This document shows positions 55,931 through 64,000 of a DNA stretch of 64,000 bases, piece after piece (positions within the stretch are counted from its first letter, which is position 1; each line of letters begins with the position of its first letter). The stretch is taken from the NCBI GenBank assembly GCA_016874715.1, contig VGTK01000004.1, positions 3,587-67,586 on the forward strand, written 5' to 3'. The notes below the pieces were generated by a model. That model had not been told where the DNA came from, did no database searches, and saw only the letters and a list, made by a program, of their open reading frames with translations. The stretch is from Deltaproteobacteria bacterium (GTDB lineage Bacteria > Desulfobacterota > Binatia > UBA12015). The position numbers were made by a program, and so were the translations under genes.

Positions 55931-57853
55931 ATGCTGCACTTCCTGCGTCGACACTCGCAGTCGCGGGTGATCCAGGTCATCTTCTTCCTCATCATCGCGG
56001 TGTTCGTGCTGTGGGGCGTCGAGGCGGTGGTCAGCGGTGGCAGCCCGCTCACCACCATCGCGACCGTCGACGGCCAGCCGATCGAGCAGATCTCGATCCA
56101 GCGGGCCGAGATGAATCTCGCCCAGGCCTACCGGGACGCCTACAAGGGCCAGTTCACCCCGGAGATGCAGAAGGCCATGAACCTCCGGCAGCGCGCCCTC
56201 GACGGTCTCATCGACCGCGCGATCCTGGCGGGGCAGGCCGAGAAGCTCGGCTACCAGATCGACGACCAGGAGCTGCGCGACTCGATCGTCGACAACCCGG
56301 CGTTCCAGCTCGGCGGCCGCTTCAACAAGGATCAGTACCTGCGCGTGCTGCGCTCGGCGGGCCTGACCCCGGGGGACTTCGAGAGCGCCAAGCGCGAGGA
56401 CCTCGCCGTCGGGCGCGTGCAGAACCTGATCGGCGACAACGTGACGGTGAGCGACGACGACGTGCGCGACGACATCGTCTCGCGCGAGGAGAAGCGGACG
56501 CTGGCATTCGTGAAGATCCCGGCGGCCGATCTGACCGCGCAGGTACAGGTCACCGACGCCGAACTCGAGAAGTTCTACGAGGACAACAAGGCGCGCTACG
56601 CCGAGCCCGAGAAGGTCAAGGTCGAGCTGCTCGGCTACCCCGTGGACAGGTTCCAGGATGGGGTCGAGGTGACGGAAGAGCGCATCACCGAGCACTACGA
56701 GACCAACCTCGAAGCCAGGTACACGCAGCCGCACGAGGTTCGCGCGCGTCACATCCTGGTCCGCGTACCGCGCGACGCCGACGAAGCCACGAAGGCGAAG
56801 GCCCGCGCGCGCATCGACGAGGCGAAGGGGAAGATCGACGCGGGCGGCGACTTCGCCGCGCTCGCGAAGGCGTACTCCGAAGACCCGGGCTCGAAGGAGA
56901 AGGGCGGCGACCTGGGCTTCTTCCCGCGCGGCCGCATGGTCGGCGCGTTCGACGAAGCGGCGTTCGCCCTGAAGCCGGGCGAGGTCAGCGACGTCGTCGA
57001 GTCGCCGTTCGGCTTCAACGTCATCAAGGTCGAGGAGGTCCGCGAGGAGCGCAAGAAGCCGCTCGAGGAGGTCCGCGAGGAGGTCGTGGTCACGCTGCGG
57101 AACGAGTCGGCGACCGAGAAAGCTCGCGCCGCCGCGGACGAGGACGCGACCGCGCTCGGCAACGGCGCCACGCTCGATCAGATCGCGGAGAAGCGCGGTC
57201 TCACCGTCGACCGGCCGGAGCCACTGGCGCGCAACGCGGCGTTCCCCAGCCTCGGCCGCTCGCTGCCGCTCACCAACGCTCTCTGGGAGCTCAAGCCGGG
57301 CGGCCTCACGGCACCGGTCGACGTCAACGGCACCATCGTCATCGGCAAGCTGATCGAGAACGTCGCCTCGGTGACGCCGCCGTTCGCGGAGGTGAAGGAC
57401 CGCGTCGACGCCGCCTACCGTCTGCAGAAGGCGACCGATGCCGCCAAGGCCGAAGCGGAGAAGGTGCTCGCCGCCGCCCGCAGCGACGGCCTCGAAGCCG
57501 CCGGGACCGCGTCGAGCAGGAAGGTCGAGGTCTCGTCCGCGTTCGCGCGTACCGGACCGTTCATCCCCGGCATGGGCACCAACCCGGCGGTGAAGGACGC
57601 CGCGTTCGCGCTCGCGCAGGACAGGAAGCTGGGCGACAAGGTGTTCGTGATCGGCAGCGATGCTTTCGTCGTCGAGCTGCGGGAAGTCGTGCTGCCGAGC
57701 GACGCGGACGTCCAGGCGAAGATGATCGAGGCGAAGAAGCAGCTGCTCGACAAGCGCCGCGAAGACGCCTTCGCGCGCTACCTCGGCGAGCTGAAGAAGA
57801 CGGCGCAGATCGAGGTGAACGCAGAGCGCCTCGAAGCGATTCCGGGCGCGTAG
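55931..57853 (+). CDS. ppiD: Periplasmic chaperone / peptidyl-prolyl isomerase PpiD-like
   Basis: Track ORF 55931..57853. N-terminal membrane anchor, SurA_N-like region and parvulin domain ARHILVRV..GGDLGFFPRGRMVGAFDEAAFALKPGEVSDVVESPFGFNVIKV. Confidence 0.8.
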   Translation: MLHFLRRHSQSRVIQVIFFLIIAVFVLWGVEAVVSGGSPLTTIATVDGQPIEQISIQRAEMNLAQAYRDAYKGQFTPEMQKAMNLRQRALDGLIDRAILAGQAEKLGYQIDDQELRDSIVDNPAFQLGGRFNKDQYLRVLRSAGLTPGDFESAKREDLAVGRVQNLIGDNVTVSDDDVRDDIVSREEKRTLAFVKIPAADLTAQVQVTDAELEKFYEDNKARYAEPEKVKVELLGYPVDRFQDGVEVTEERITEHYETNLEARYTQPHEVRARHILVRVPRDADEATKAKARARIDEAKGKIDAGGDFAALAKAYSEDPGSKEKGGDLGFFPRGRMVGAFDEAAFALKPGEVSDVVESPFGFNVIKVEEVREERKKPLEEVREEVVVTLRNESATEKARAAADEDATALGNGATLDQIAEKRGLTVDRPEPLARNAAFPSLGRSLPLTNALWELKPGGLTAPVDVNGTIVIGKLIENVASVTPPFAEVKDRVDAAYRLQKATDAAKAEAEKVLAAARSDGLEAAGTASSRKVEVSSAFARTGPFIPGMGTNPAVKDAAFALAQDRKLGDKVFVIGSDAFVVELREVVLPSDADVQAKMIEAKKQLLDKRREDAFARYLGELKKTAQIEVNAERLEAIPGA

Positions 57854-57959
57854 CTCGACGGGGGACCCGGCGCCGGCGCGGGGGATGATCGCCCCGGCGT
57901 CGTCCGGCGGCGGGTCGTGCCGGCTTTCCTCGCGGCGGGCATGATGCGATGTTTCCGGG

Positions 57960-58790
57960 ATGGCGATCGCGTTCCGTAGAGACGGGGGGACGCGGGGCTC
58001 CGTGCTGCTGGTGCACGGCTTCACCGGGTCGCCGCACGAGATGGAGCCGCTGGCGGACCCGCTTGCGGCGGCGGGCTTCGGGGTGCTCGGGCTCCGGCTT
58101 CCCGGGCACGGCGCGTCCGGGGCCGGTGAGCCGAACGTGTGGAGCGCCTGGGAGCAGGCGGTGCTCGACGGCTTCGCCGAGCTCACCGCCATGCGGCCCG
58201 GCGCGCCGCGCGCGGTGGTCGGGCTGTCGATGGGCGCGCTGCTGGCGCTCGAGCTCGCGCGCCAGAGCGGCGACGAGGTGCGCTCCGTGGTCGCGCTGTC
58301 GCCTGCGGTGACGCTTCCGCCCGCGCTCCGCGCGGCACTGTGGCTCGCCGCGCGGACGTTCGGCGAGCGCGGGCGCAGCCGCATGCTGCGCAAGGGCCCG
58401 AGCGACATCGCCGACGCGGGCGTCCGGGCGGCGCACCCGAAGTCGCCGCCGTTTCCGGTCGCGGCCGTGCTGTCGTTCAATGAGCTGCGCCTCGCGGTGC
58501 GCGCGCGCGTCGGCGCGGTGGTGCAACCGCAGCTGATCGTGCACTCGGTGCGCGACCGGACGTGCCCCGTCACCGGCGCGCACTGGCTCGCGCGCAATAC
58601 CGGGGCGCGCGACGTCGAGCTGTGCATCCTCGAGCGCAGCGGTCACGTGATCCCCGTGGACGTCGAGCGCGCGCACGCGAGCGAGCGCGTCGTCGCGTTT
58701 CTCGAGCGCACGCTCGCGCCGCGCGCGCTGCCCGATCCTCCGGTCGAGGCTGCGCAGGCCGCGGCGCACGAAGCGCTGTCCGAGAGCTGA
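57960..58790 (+). CDS. Alpha/beta hydrolase (carboxylesterase/lysophospholipase-like)
   Basis: Track ORF 57960..58790. VLLVHGFTGSPHEM, nucleophile elbow GLSMGA and SGHVIP. Confidence 0.75.
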   Translation: MAIAFRRDGGTRGSVLLVHGFTGSPHEMEPLADPLAAAGFGVLGLRLPGHGASGAGEPNVWSAWEQAVLDGFAELTAMRPGAPRAVVGLSMGALLALELARQSGDEVRSVVALSPAVTLPPALRAALWLAARTFGERGRSRMLRKGPSDIADAGVRAAHPKSPPFPVAAVLSFNELRLAVRARVGAVVQPQLIVHSVRDRTCPVTGAHWLARNTGARDVELCILERSGHVIPVDVERAHASERVVAFLERTLAPRALPDPPVEAAQAAAHEALSES

Positions 58791-58793
58791 ACG

Positions 58794-58851
58794 CCGGCTG
58801 CGAGACTCGCCCCGGGAGCCGACCGGCTGCGAGACTCGCTCGGGCAGCCGC
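58794..58851. repeat. Tandem direct repeat, 29 bp x 2
   Basis: ccggctgcgagactcgccccgggagccga / ccggctgcgagactcgctcgggcagccgc. Begins 4 nt after the hydrolase stop codon. Confidence 0.75.
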
Positions 58852-58996
58852 AGGTCCGGCGCGGGTCGCAGATCGCGGCGCGTCCTCTCGGAGGACGTGC
58901 AGCCATTCCCTCCCGGCTCGGTCCGGGGTCGTCGTCGCGCCCTGCGGGCGCGGCGCCTCGACCCGCGGCCCGGTCCGGGGATCGCCGCAGGAGCTG

Positions 58997-60451
58997 TCAG
59001 AACGCGTCGCCCGCGTCGTCGTGCTGCCGCGACGCGGCCGCGGCGGCGCGCCGCCGCCCGCCGAACAGCGCCGTCCAGAGCTCGAGCACCGTCGCGACGC
59101 CCTGCACGTCGAGGCCGTCCGGGGCGCGCACCTGACGCGCGGTCGCAGCGGGCACGACCGCGCGCGTGAAGCCGAGCTTGTGCGCCTCGCGGAGCCGGGT
59201 CTCCGCGTGCCGCACCGCGCGCACCTCGCCCGCGAGCCCGACCTCACCGAACAGCGTCAGGCCCTCCGGCAGCGGCGTGTCGCTGGCACTCGAGCCGATC
59301 GCGGCGATGATCGCGAGGTCTGCCGCGGGCTCTTGCACCCGGATGCCGCCCGCGACGCTCACGAAGAGGTCGTGCTCGAAGAGCTTCAACCCGGCGCGCT
59401 TGTCGACGATCGCGGTGAGCACGGCGACGCGGTTCGCGTCGAGGCCGAGCGTCGTGCGGCGCGGCATCGCGAGCGCCGAGCGGGTGCACAGCGCCTGCAC
59501 CTCGACCAGCAGCGGCCGCGTGCCCTCGATCGTCGGCAGCACCGCCGATCCCGAAGCGCCCTTCGGCCGCTCCGCGAGCAGCACCGCCGACGGGTTCGCC
59601 ACGTCCTCGAGCCCGCGCTCCCCCATCTCGAACACGCCGACCTCGTTGGTCGGCCCGAAGCGGTTCTTGACGGCGCGCAGCAGGCGCAGCCCGCCGCCCT
59701 GATCGCCCTCGAAGTGCAGCACGGTGTCGACCACGTGCTCGAGCACGCGCGGCCCGGCGATCGTGCCTTCCTTGGTCACGTGGCCGATCAGGAGCATCGG
59801 CTTGCCCGTCGACTTCGCCTGCGCCACCAGCGCCGCTGCGCACTCGCGCACCTGCCCGACGCTGCCCGCGGCGGAGGTCAGCTCGCGCGAGTGCATGGTC
59901 TGGATCGAGTCGATGAGCACGATGCCCGGGTCGGTCGCCGCGACGTGGCCGATGATCTCCTCGACGCACGTCTCGGGCAGGATCAGCACCGACTCGTTGC
60001 ACGACAGGCGATCCGCGCGCAGCTTCACCTGCTCGGGCGACTCCTCGCCACTCACGTAGAGCGCCGTGAGCCCGCCCTTCGCGAGCTCGGCGAGGACCTG
60101 CAGGCCGATCGTCGACTTGCCGATGCCGGGGTCGCCGCCGAGCAGCGTGACCGAGCCCGGAACGATGCCGCCGCCGAGCACGCGGTCGAGCTCTTCGAGC
60201 CCCGTCCGGATGCGCGCGTGGCTCTCCGACGTGACGGCGCTGAGCGCGCGCGGCTTCGCCGCGCGCTGCGCAGCGATCGCGACCGACGTGCGCGCGCCGC
60301 CGAAGCCGCCGCCACCGCCCGTCGCCGGACGCGGCGCGACGCTCTCCTCGACGACCGTCTCCCACGCGCCGCACTCCTGGCAGCGGCCGAGCCACTTCGC
60401 GAACTGGGCGCCGCACTGCTGGCAGACGAAGACCGTGCGCGCGCGAGCCAC
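58997..60451 (-). CDS. radA: DNA repair protein RadA (Sms)
   Basis: Track ORF 58997..60451 (GTG start). Zinc finger CQQCG..CQECG, Walker A GGDPGIGKST, KNRFG motif and a Lon-like C-terminal domain. Confidence 0.95.
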   Translation of the reverse strand: MARARTVFVCQQCGAQFAKWLGRCQECGAWETVVEESVAPRPATGGGGGFGGARTSVAIAAQRAAKPRALSAVTSESHARIRTGLEELDRVLGGGIVPGSVTLLGGDPGIGKSTIGLQVLAELAKGGLTALYVSGEESPEQVKLRADRLSCNESVLILPETCVEEIIGHVAATDPGIVLIDSIQTMHSRELTSAAGSVGQVRECAAALVAQAKSTGKPMLLIGHVTKEGTIAGPRVLEHVVDTVLHFEGDQGGGLRLLRAVKNRFGPTNEVGVFEMGERGLEDVANPSAVLLAERPKGASGSAVLPTIEGTRPLLVEVQALCTRSALAMPRRTTLGLDANRVAVLTAIVDKRAGLKLFEHDLFVSVAGGIRVQEPAADLAIIAAIGSSASDTPLPEGLTLFGEVGLAGEVRAVRHAETRLREAHKLGFTRAVVPAATARQVRAPDGLDVQGVATVLELWTALFGGRRRAAAAASRQHDDAGDAF

Positions 60452-60591
60452 GCGCCGCCCTTACCACATCGCACTCCGGCGCCAAGCCCGCGCCGCTGGC
60501 ACCGCGTACATGATCCGGCTGCGAGGGGCGTCGCGGGGCGGCAAGATGCGTGGCGCGATCTCGATGACGGGACGCTCTCGAAGGCGGGACG

Positions 60592-60996
60592 CTAGGGATG
60601 CGGAGCGTAGCCCTCGTGCTGCGGCAGGTGGTCGGTGATGTCGAACCAGGCGGCCTTCGACGTCGCGAAGATGTGCGCGTCGGGCTTGAACGGCGGGTCG
60701 TCGTCGAAGCTGCCCGCCGCGAGCCACACCAGATCCGGCAGGAAGTCGACCGGGAACTGCAGGTTCGAGCCGCAGTCGGCGCAGAACGTCCGCTGCACCT
60801 GCTCGGACGAGCGGAAGCTCTTCACGTGCTCCTCACCGCGCGTGAAGCGGAAGCCGCTGCGCCGGAACTCGCCGTAGGTCGAGAACGGGGCGCCGTGCTG
60901 CTTCCGGCAGCGCGAGCAGTGGCGGTGGTGCAGCGCTTCGAGCGGACCGGTCGCCTCCCAGGCAACGGCGCCGCACAGGCAGCTTCCGTGCATCAT
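60592..60996 (-). CDS. GFA (glutathione-dependent formaldehyde-activating / CENP-V) family protein
   Basis: Last 134 codons of track ORF 60592..61287, from ATG 60996 preceded by GGAGGA. Cys-rich zinc sites SCLCGAV, CSRCRK and CADCGS. Confidence 0.8.
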   Translation of the reverse strand: MMHGSCLCGAVAWEATGPLEALHHRHCSRCRKQHGAPFSTYGEFRRSGFRFTRGEEHVKSFRSSEQVQRTFCADCGSNLQFPVDFLPDLVWLAAGSFDDDPPFKPDAHIFATSKAAWFDITDHLPQHEGYAPHP

Positions 60997-61081
60997 CGGG
61001 CATCCTCCGTCGTCGTCGGCGCGATCGGCGCTCGGCTGCGATCCTGCCGCGGTGCACGGGCTCAACCAAGCCGCCCGGCTG

Positions 61082-61115
61082 CCTGTCGACCTCTTCGGGA
61101 CGTCCGGTTGACAGG
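61082..61115. promoter_or_regulatory. Imperfect palindrome overlapping a TTGACA -35-like hexamer upstream of bioF (candidate biotin operator)
   Basis: CCTGTCGAC-N16-GTTGACAGG (8 of 9 positions complementary). TTGACA at 61108-61113, a 17-nt spacer, then TAGGCA at 61131-61136. ATG of bioF at 61145. Confidence 0.35.
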
Positions 61116-61144
61116 TGTGCGGTGCTCGCCTAGGCAGGCCCCCG

Positions 61145-62314
61145 ATGATCGCCGGGCAGCACCTCGCCGACGAGCTCGACGAGCTGGCGGCGCAGAGCCT
61201 GGGCCGCGCCCGGCGTACGATCGGCGGCGCGCAGGGACCCACGGTGCGCGTCGACGGGCGCGACGTCCTCTGCCTGTGCTCGAACAACTACCTGGGCCTC
61301 GCCGGCGACCCGCGGCTGCGCGACGCGGCGGTGGCGGCGATCGCGGAAGCGGGCATCGGCGCGGGCGCGTCGCCGCTCGTCAGCGGCCACATGGACGCGC
61401 ACGAGCGGCTCGAGAGCGCGATCGCCGCGTGGCAGGGCTGCGAGGCGGCCCTCGTGTTCGGCTCGGGCTACCACGCCAACATCGGGGTGCTCGCGGCGCT
61501 CGTGCGAGCGGGCGACGAGGTGTTCAGCGACGAGCTGAACCACGCGAGCCTGATCGACGGCTGCCGCCTCTCGCGCGCGCAGATCCGGGCCTATCGCCAC
61601 CTCGACGCGAGCGACCTCGAGCGGCAGCTCGGCGCGTCGCGCGCGCGTCGACGTCTGATCGTCACCGACTCCGTGTTCAGCATGGACGGCGACCTGGCGC
61701 CGCTCGCCGAGATCGTCGCGCTCGCCGATCGGTACGACGCCTGGGTGATGATCGACGAGGCGCACGCGGTCGGCGTGTTCGGCGAGACGGGCGCGGGCCT
61801 CGCCGAGGCGACCGGCCTCGGCGGGCGCATCACCGTGCGCATGGGCACGCTCGGCAAGGCGCTGGGCAGCTACGGCGCGTTCGTCGCGGGCTCGCGCGCG
61901 CTGATCGAGCTCCTGGTGAACCGTGCGCGGGCGTACGTCTACAGCACCGCGCTGCCGCCGCCGGTCATCGCGGCGGCCGATGCGTCGGTCGCGATCGTAC
62001 GCGGCGACGCAGAGCGCCGGCGGGCCCTCTGGGACAACGCACGCCGTCTGCACGGCGGACTCGAGCGTGCCGGCCTCGCGATGCGGCCGTTCACGAGCCC
62101 GATCGTGCCGCTGGTCGTGGGCGGTGCGGCCGAAGCGCTCGCGGTCGCGGAGCGCGCGCTGGAGCAGGGCGTGCTCGCCCCGGCGATCCGTCCGCCGACC
62201 GTGCCGCAGGGTACGGCGCGCCTGCGCCTGACGCCGATCGCCGCGCACACGGCGCCGCAGATCGACCACGCGGTCGGCGTCCTGTCGCGGGCGATCCGGG
62301 AGACGGGAGCATGA
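61145..62314 (+). CDS. bioF: 8-amino-7-oxononanoate synthase
   Basis: Track ORF 61115..62314, start moved to ATG 61145. SNNYLGLA, DELNHASLIDG, DSVFSMDGD and PLP-lysine region GTLGKALG. Confidence 0.9.
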   Translation: MIAGQHLADELDELAAQSLGRARRTIGGAQGPTVRVDGRDVLCLCSNNYLGLAGDPRLRDAAVAAIAEAGIGAGASPLVSGHMDAHERLESAIAAWQGCEAALVFGSGYHANIGVLAALVRAGDEVFSDELNHASLIDGCRLSRAQIRAYRHLDASDLERQLGASRARRRLIVTDSVFSMDGDLAPLAEIVALADRYDAWVMIDEAHAVGVFGETGAGLAEATGLGGRITVRMGTLGKALGSYGAFVAGSRALIELLVNRARAYVYSTALPPPVIAAADASVAIVRGDAERRRALWDNARRLHGGLERAGLAMRPFTSPIVPLVVGGAAEALAVAERALEQGVLAPAIRPPTVPQGTARLRLTPIAAHTAPQIDHAVGVLSRAIRETGA

Positions 62315-63669
62315 GCCACGACGCCGCGCACGCCGCCGACCTCGATCGACGCTATCTCTGGCACCCGTTCACGCAGATGCGCGACTGGCTCGCGGGCGAG
62401 CCGCTGGTGATCGTGTCCGCCGAGGGCAATCATCTGATCGACGCGCAGGGCCGCCGCTACCTCGACGGCGTGTCGTCGCTGTGGTGCAACGTGCACGGCC
62501 ACCGTCACCCGATCCTCGACGCCGCGGTGCGTGCCCAGCTCGACCGCGTCGCGCACTCGACGATGCTCGGTCTCACGCACCCGGGCGCCGCCGAGCTCGC
62601 GGCGCGCCTGGTGCCGCTCGCGCCGGACGGCCTGACGCGCGTCTTCTACTCCGACGCGGGTGCGACCGCGGTCGAGATCGCGCTCAAGATCGCCTTCCAG
62701 GCGTGCCAGCTGCGCGGCGAGACGACGCGCACGCGCTTCGCGTCGCTGGTCGAGGCCTACCACGGCGACACCATCGGAGCGATCGCGGTCGGCTACAGCG
62801 AGACGTTCCACCGCTTCTACCGGCCGCTGCTGTTCGACGTCCTGCGCCTGACGCCGCCGCACGTGTTCCGCTGGCGCGACGGCATGACCGAGGATGCGGC
62901 GTGCGCGGCCGCGATCGACGAGGCGCGCGCGAAGCTGCACGCGCACGGTCACGAGCTCGCGGCGTTGATCGTCGAGCCGCTGGTGCAGGGCGCCGCCGGC
63001 ATGTGGATGCACCCGCCGGAGTACCTCGCCGCGCTGGCGCGGCTCGCGCGCGAGGTCGGCACGCTGCTGATCTGCGACGAGGTCGCGACCGGCTTCGGGC
63101 GCACGGGAACCTTCTTCGCGTGCGAGCAGGCGGGCATCGCGCCCGACCTGCTGTGCGTCGGCAAGGGCATCACCGGCGGGTATCTGCCGCTCGCCGCCAC
63201 CTTCGCGAGCGAGGCGCTGTTCGCGACGTTTCTCGCGCCGTACGAGGACTTCGTCGCCTTCTTCCACGGCCACACCTACACCGGGAACCCGCTCGCCTGC
63301 GCCGCCGGCCTCGCCTCGCTCGACGTCTTCGAGCAGGAGAAGACGATGACGCACGTGCAGGGCCTGGCACGCGTGCTCGGCGAGAAGCTCGCGCGCGAGA
63401 TCGCGCCGCTCGCGCACGTCGGCGACGTGCGCCGCTGCGGCCTCATGACCGGCATCGAGCTGGTGCGCGACCGTGCGACGCGCGCGCCGTATTCGCCGGC
63501 CGCGAAGATCGGCCACCGCGTGTGCGACGCCGTGCGGAAGCACGGTGTCATCCTGCGCCCGCTCGGTTCCGTGATCGTGCTGATGCCGCCGTTGAGCCTG
63601 CGGATGGACGAGCTCGACCTGCTGGTGTCGGCGACCGCGCAGGCGATCCGTGAGGTGACGCAAGCGTGA
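62311..63669 (+). CDS. bioA: Adenosylmethionine-8-amino-7-oxononanoate aminotransferase
   Basis: C-terminus of track ORF 60598..63669, from ATG 62311 (ATGA overlap with the bioF stop). YLWHPFTQM, LICDEVATGFGRTG and LCVGKGITGGYLPLAA. Confidence 0.9.
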   Translation: MSHDAAHAADLDRRYLWHPFTQMRDWLAGEPLVIVSAEGNHLIDAQGRRYLDGVSSLWCNVHGHRHPILDAAVRAQLDRVAHSTMLGLTHPGAAELAARLVPLAPDGLTRVFYSDAGATAVEIALKIAFQACQLRGETTRTRFASLVEAYHGDTIGAIAVGYSETFHRFYRPLLFDVLRLTPPHVFRWRDGMTEDAACAAAIDEARAKLHAHGHELAALIVEPLVQGAAGMWMHPPEYLAALARLAREVGTLLICDEVATGFGRTGTFFACEQAGIAPDLLCVGKGITGGYLPLAATFASEALFATFLAPYEDFVAFFHGHTYTGNPLACAAGLASLDVFEQEKTMTHVQGLARVLGEKLAREIAPLAHVGDVRRCGLMTGIELVRDRATRAPYSPAAKIGHRVCDAVRKHGVILRPLGSVIVLMPPLSLRMDELDLLVSATAQAIREVTQA

Positions 63670-64000
63670 GCGGTCGCGTGCTGCTCGTCACCGGCACCGA
63701 CACCGGCGTCGGCAAGACGTGGGTGTCGTGCGGCGTGCTCCGCGGGGCGCGTGCCGCGGGCCTGCGTGTGGCGGCGCGCAAGCCCGCCGAGACCGGCTGC
63801 GATCCGGATGCGACAGGAAGGCTCGTCGGCGCGGACGCGGTCGCGCTTCACGCCGCGGCGGGCGCGGACGAGCCGGTCGACGCGGTGTGCCCGATCCGGT
63901 TGCCCGATCCGCTCGCGCCGTCGTTCGCGGCGCGGCGCGCCGGCGTGACGATCGACGTGGCCCGGGTCGTCGCGTCGTGCCGGCAGCGCGTGGCCGAGGT
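63666..64000 (+). CDS. bioD: Dethiobiotin synthetase, N-terminal part (runs off the right edge)
   Basis: GTG 63666 (GTGA overlap with the bioA stop). VSGRVLLVTGTDTGVGKTWVSCGVLRGARAAGLRVAARKPAETGC with P-loop GTDTGVGKT. No stop before the window end, so it is absent from the ORF track. Confidence 0.8.
   Translation, partial: MSGRVLLVTGTDTGVGKTWVSCGVLRGARAAGLRVAARKPAETGCDPDATGRLVGADAVALHAAAGADEPVDAVCPIRLPDPLAPSFAARRAGVTIDVARVVASCRQRVAE

Overview
Very GC-rich (about 70% by eye, not computed) chromosomal segment from a Gram-negative-type bacterium, judged from LpxL, MreBCD-PBP2-RodA, PpiD and FeoAB. The lineage cannot be assigned from the sequence alone. I can support about 60 protein-coding genes, one tRNA-Leu(CAA), two apparent pseudogenes, a few candidate regulatory sites and an unusually high number of short tandem-repeat arrays. 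Most long ORFs in the six-frame track are GC-induced shadow frames, so real genes were picked by recognisable family motifs and start sites were refined by hand. Core content: feoAB; an osmoprotectant-type ABC importer; an ABC-F ATPase; alkA; kefF-kefC; lpxL; 1-Cys peroxiredoxin; a PiT/DUF47/PstS phosphate locus; dacB; thyA-folA; trxA; mreBCD-mrdA-rodA; ppiD; radA; bioFAD. Accessory or unusual content: (1) a circularly permuted ATP-grasp / alpha-E / transglutaminase triad; (2) a Rieske oxygenase plus Rieske ferredoxin next to the betaine-type transporter; (3) a stand-alone macro domain gene coupled to a DksA/TraR zinc-finger gene; (4) a penicillin-acylase / GMC-oxidoreductase operon; (5) a roughly 2.2 kb degraded islet at the 3' end of tRNA-Leu, bounded by a degenerate copy of the tRNA 3' end, carrying a TumE/DUF6516-like toxin-antitoxin pair and a decaying alpha/beta hydrolase; (6) a frameshifted kefC; (7) at least nine 16-34 bp tandem duplications sitting at gene boundaries or inside genes. 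One of these arrays builds a 33-codon bridging ORF between thyA and folA with GTGA overlaps at both ends. I did not find a CRISPR array, a transposase, an integrase or a recognisable multi-gene defence system. All family assignments come from motif recognition by eye, and no database search was run.
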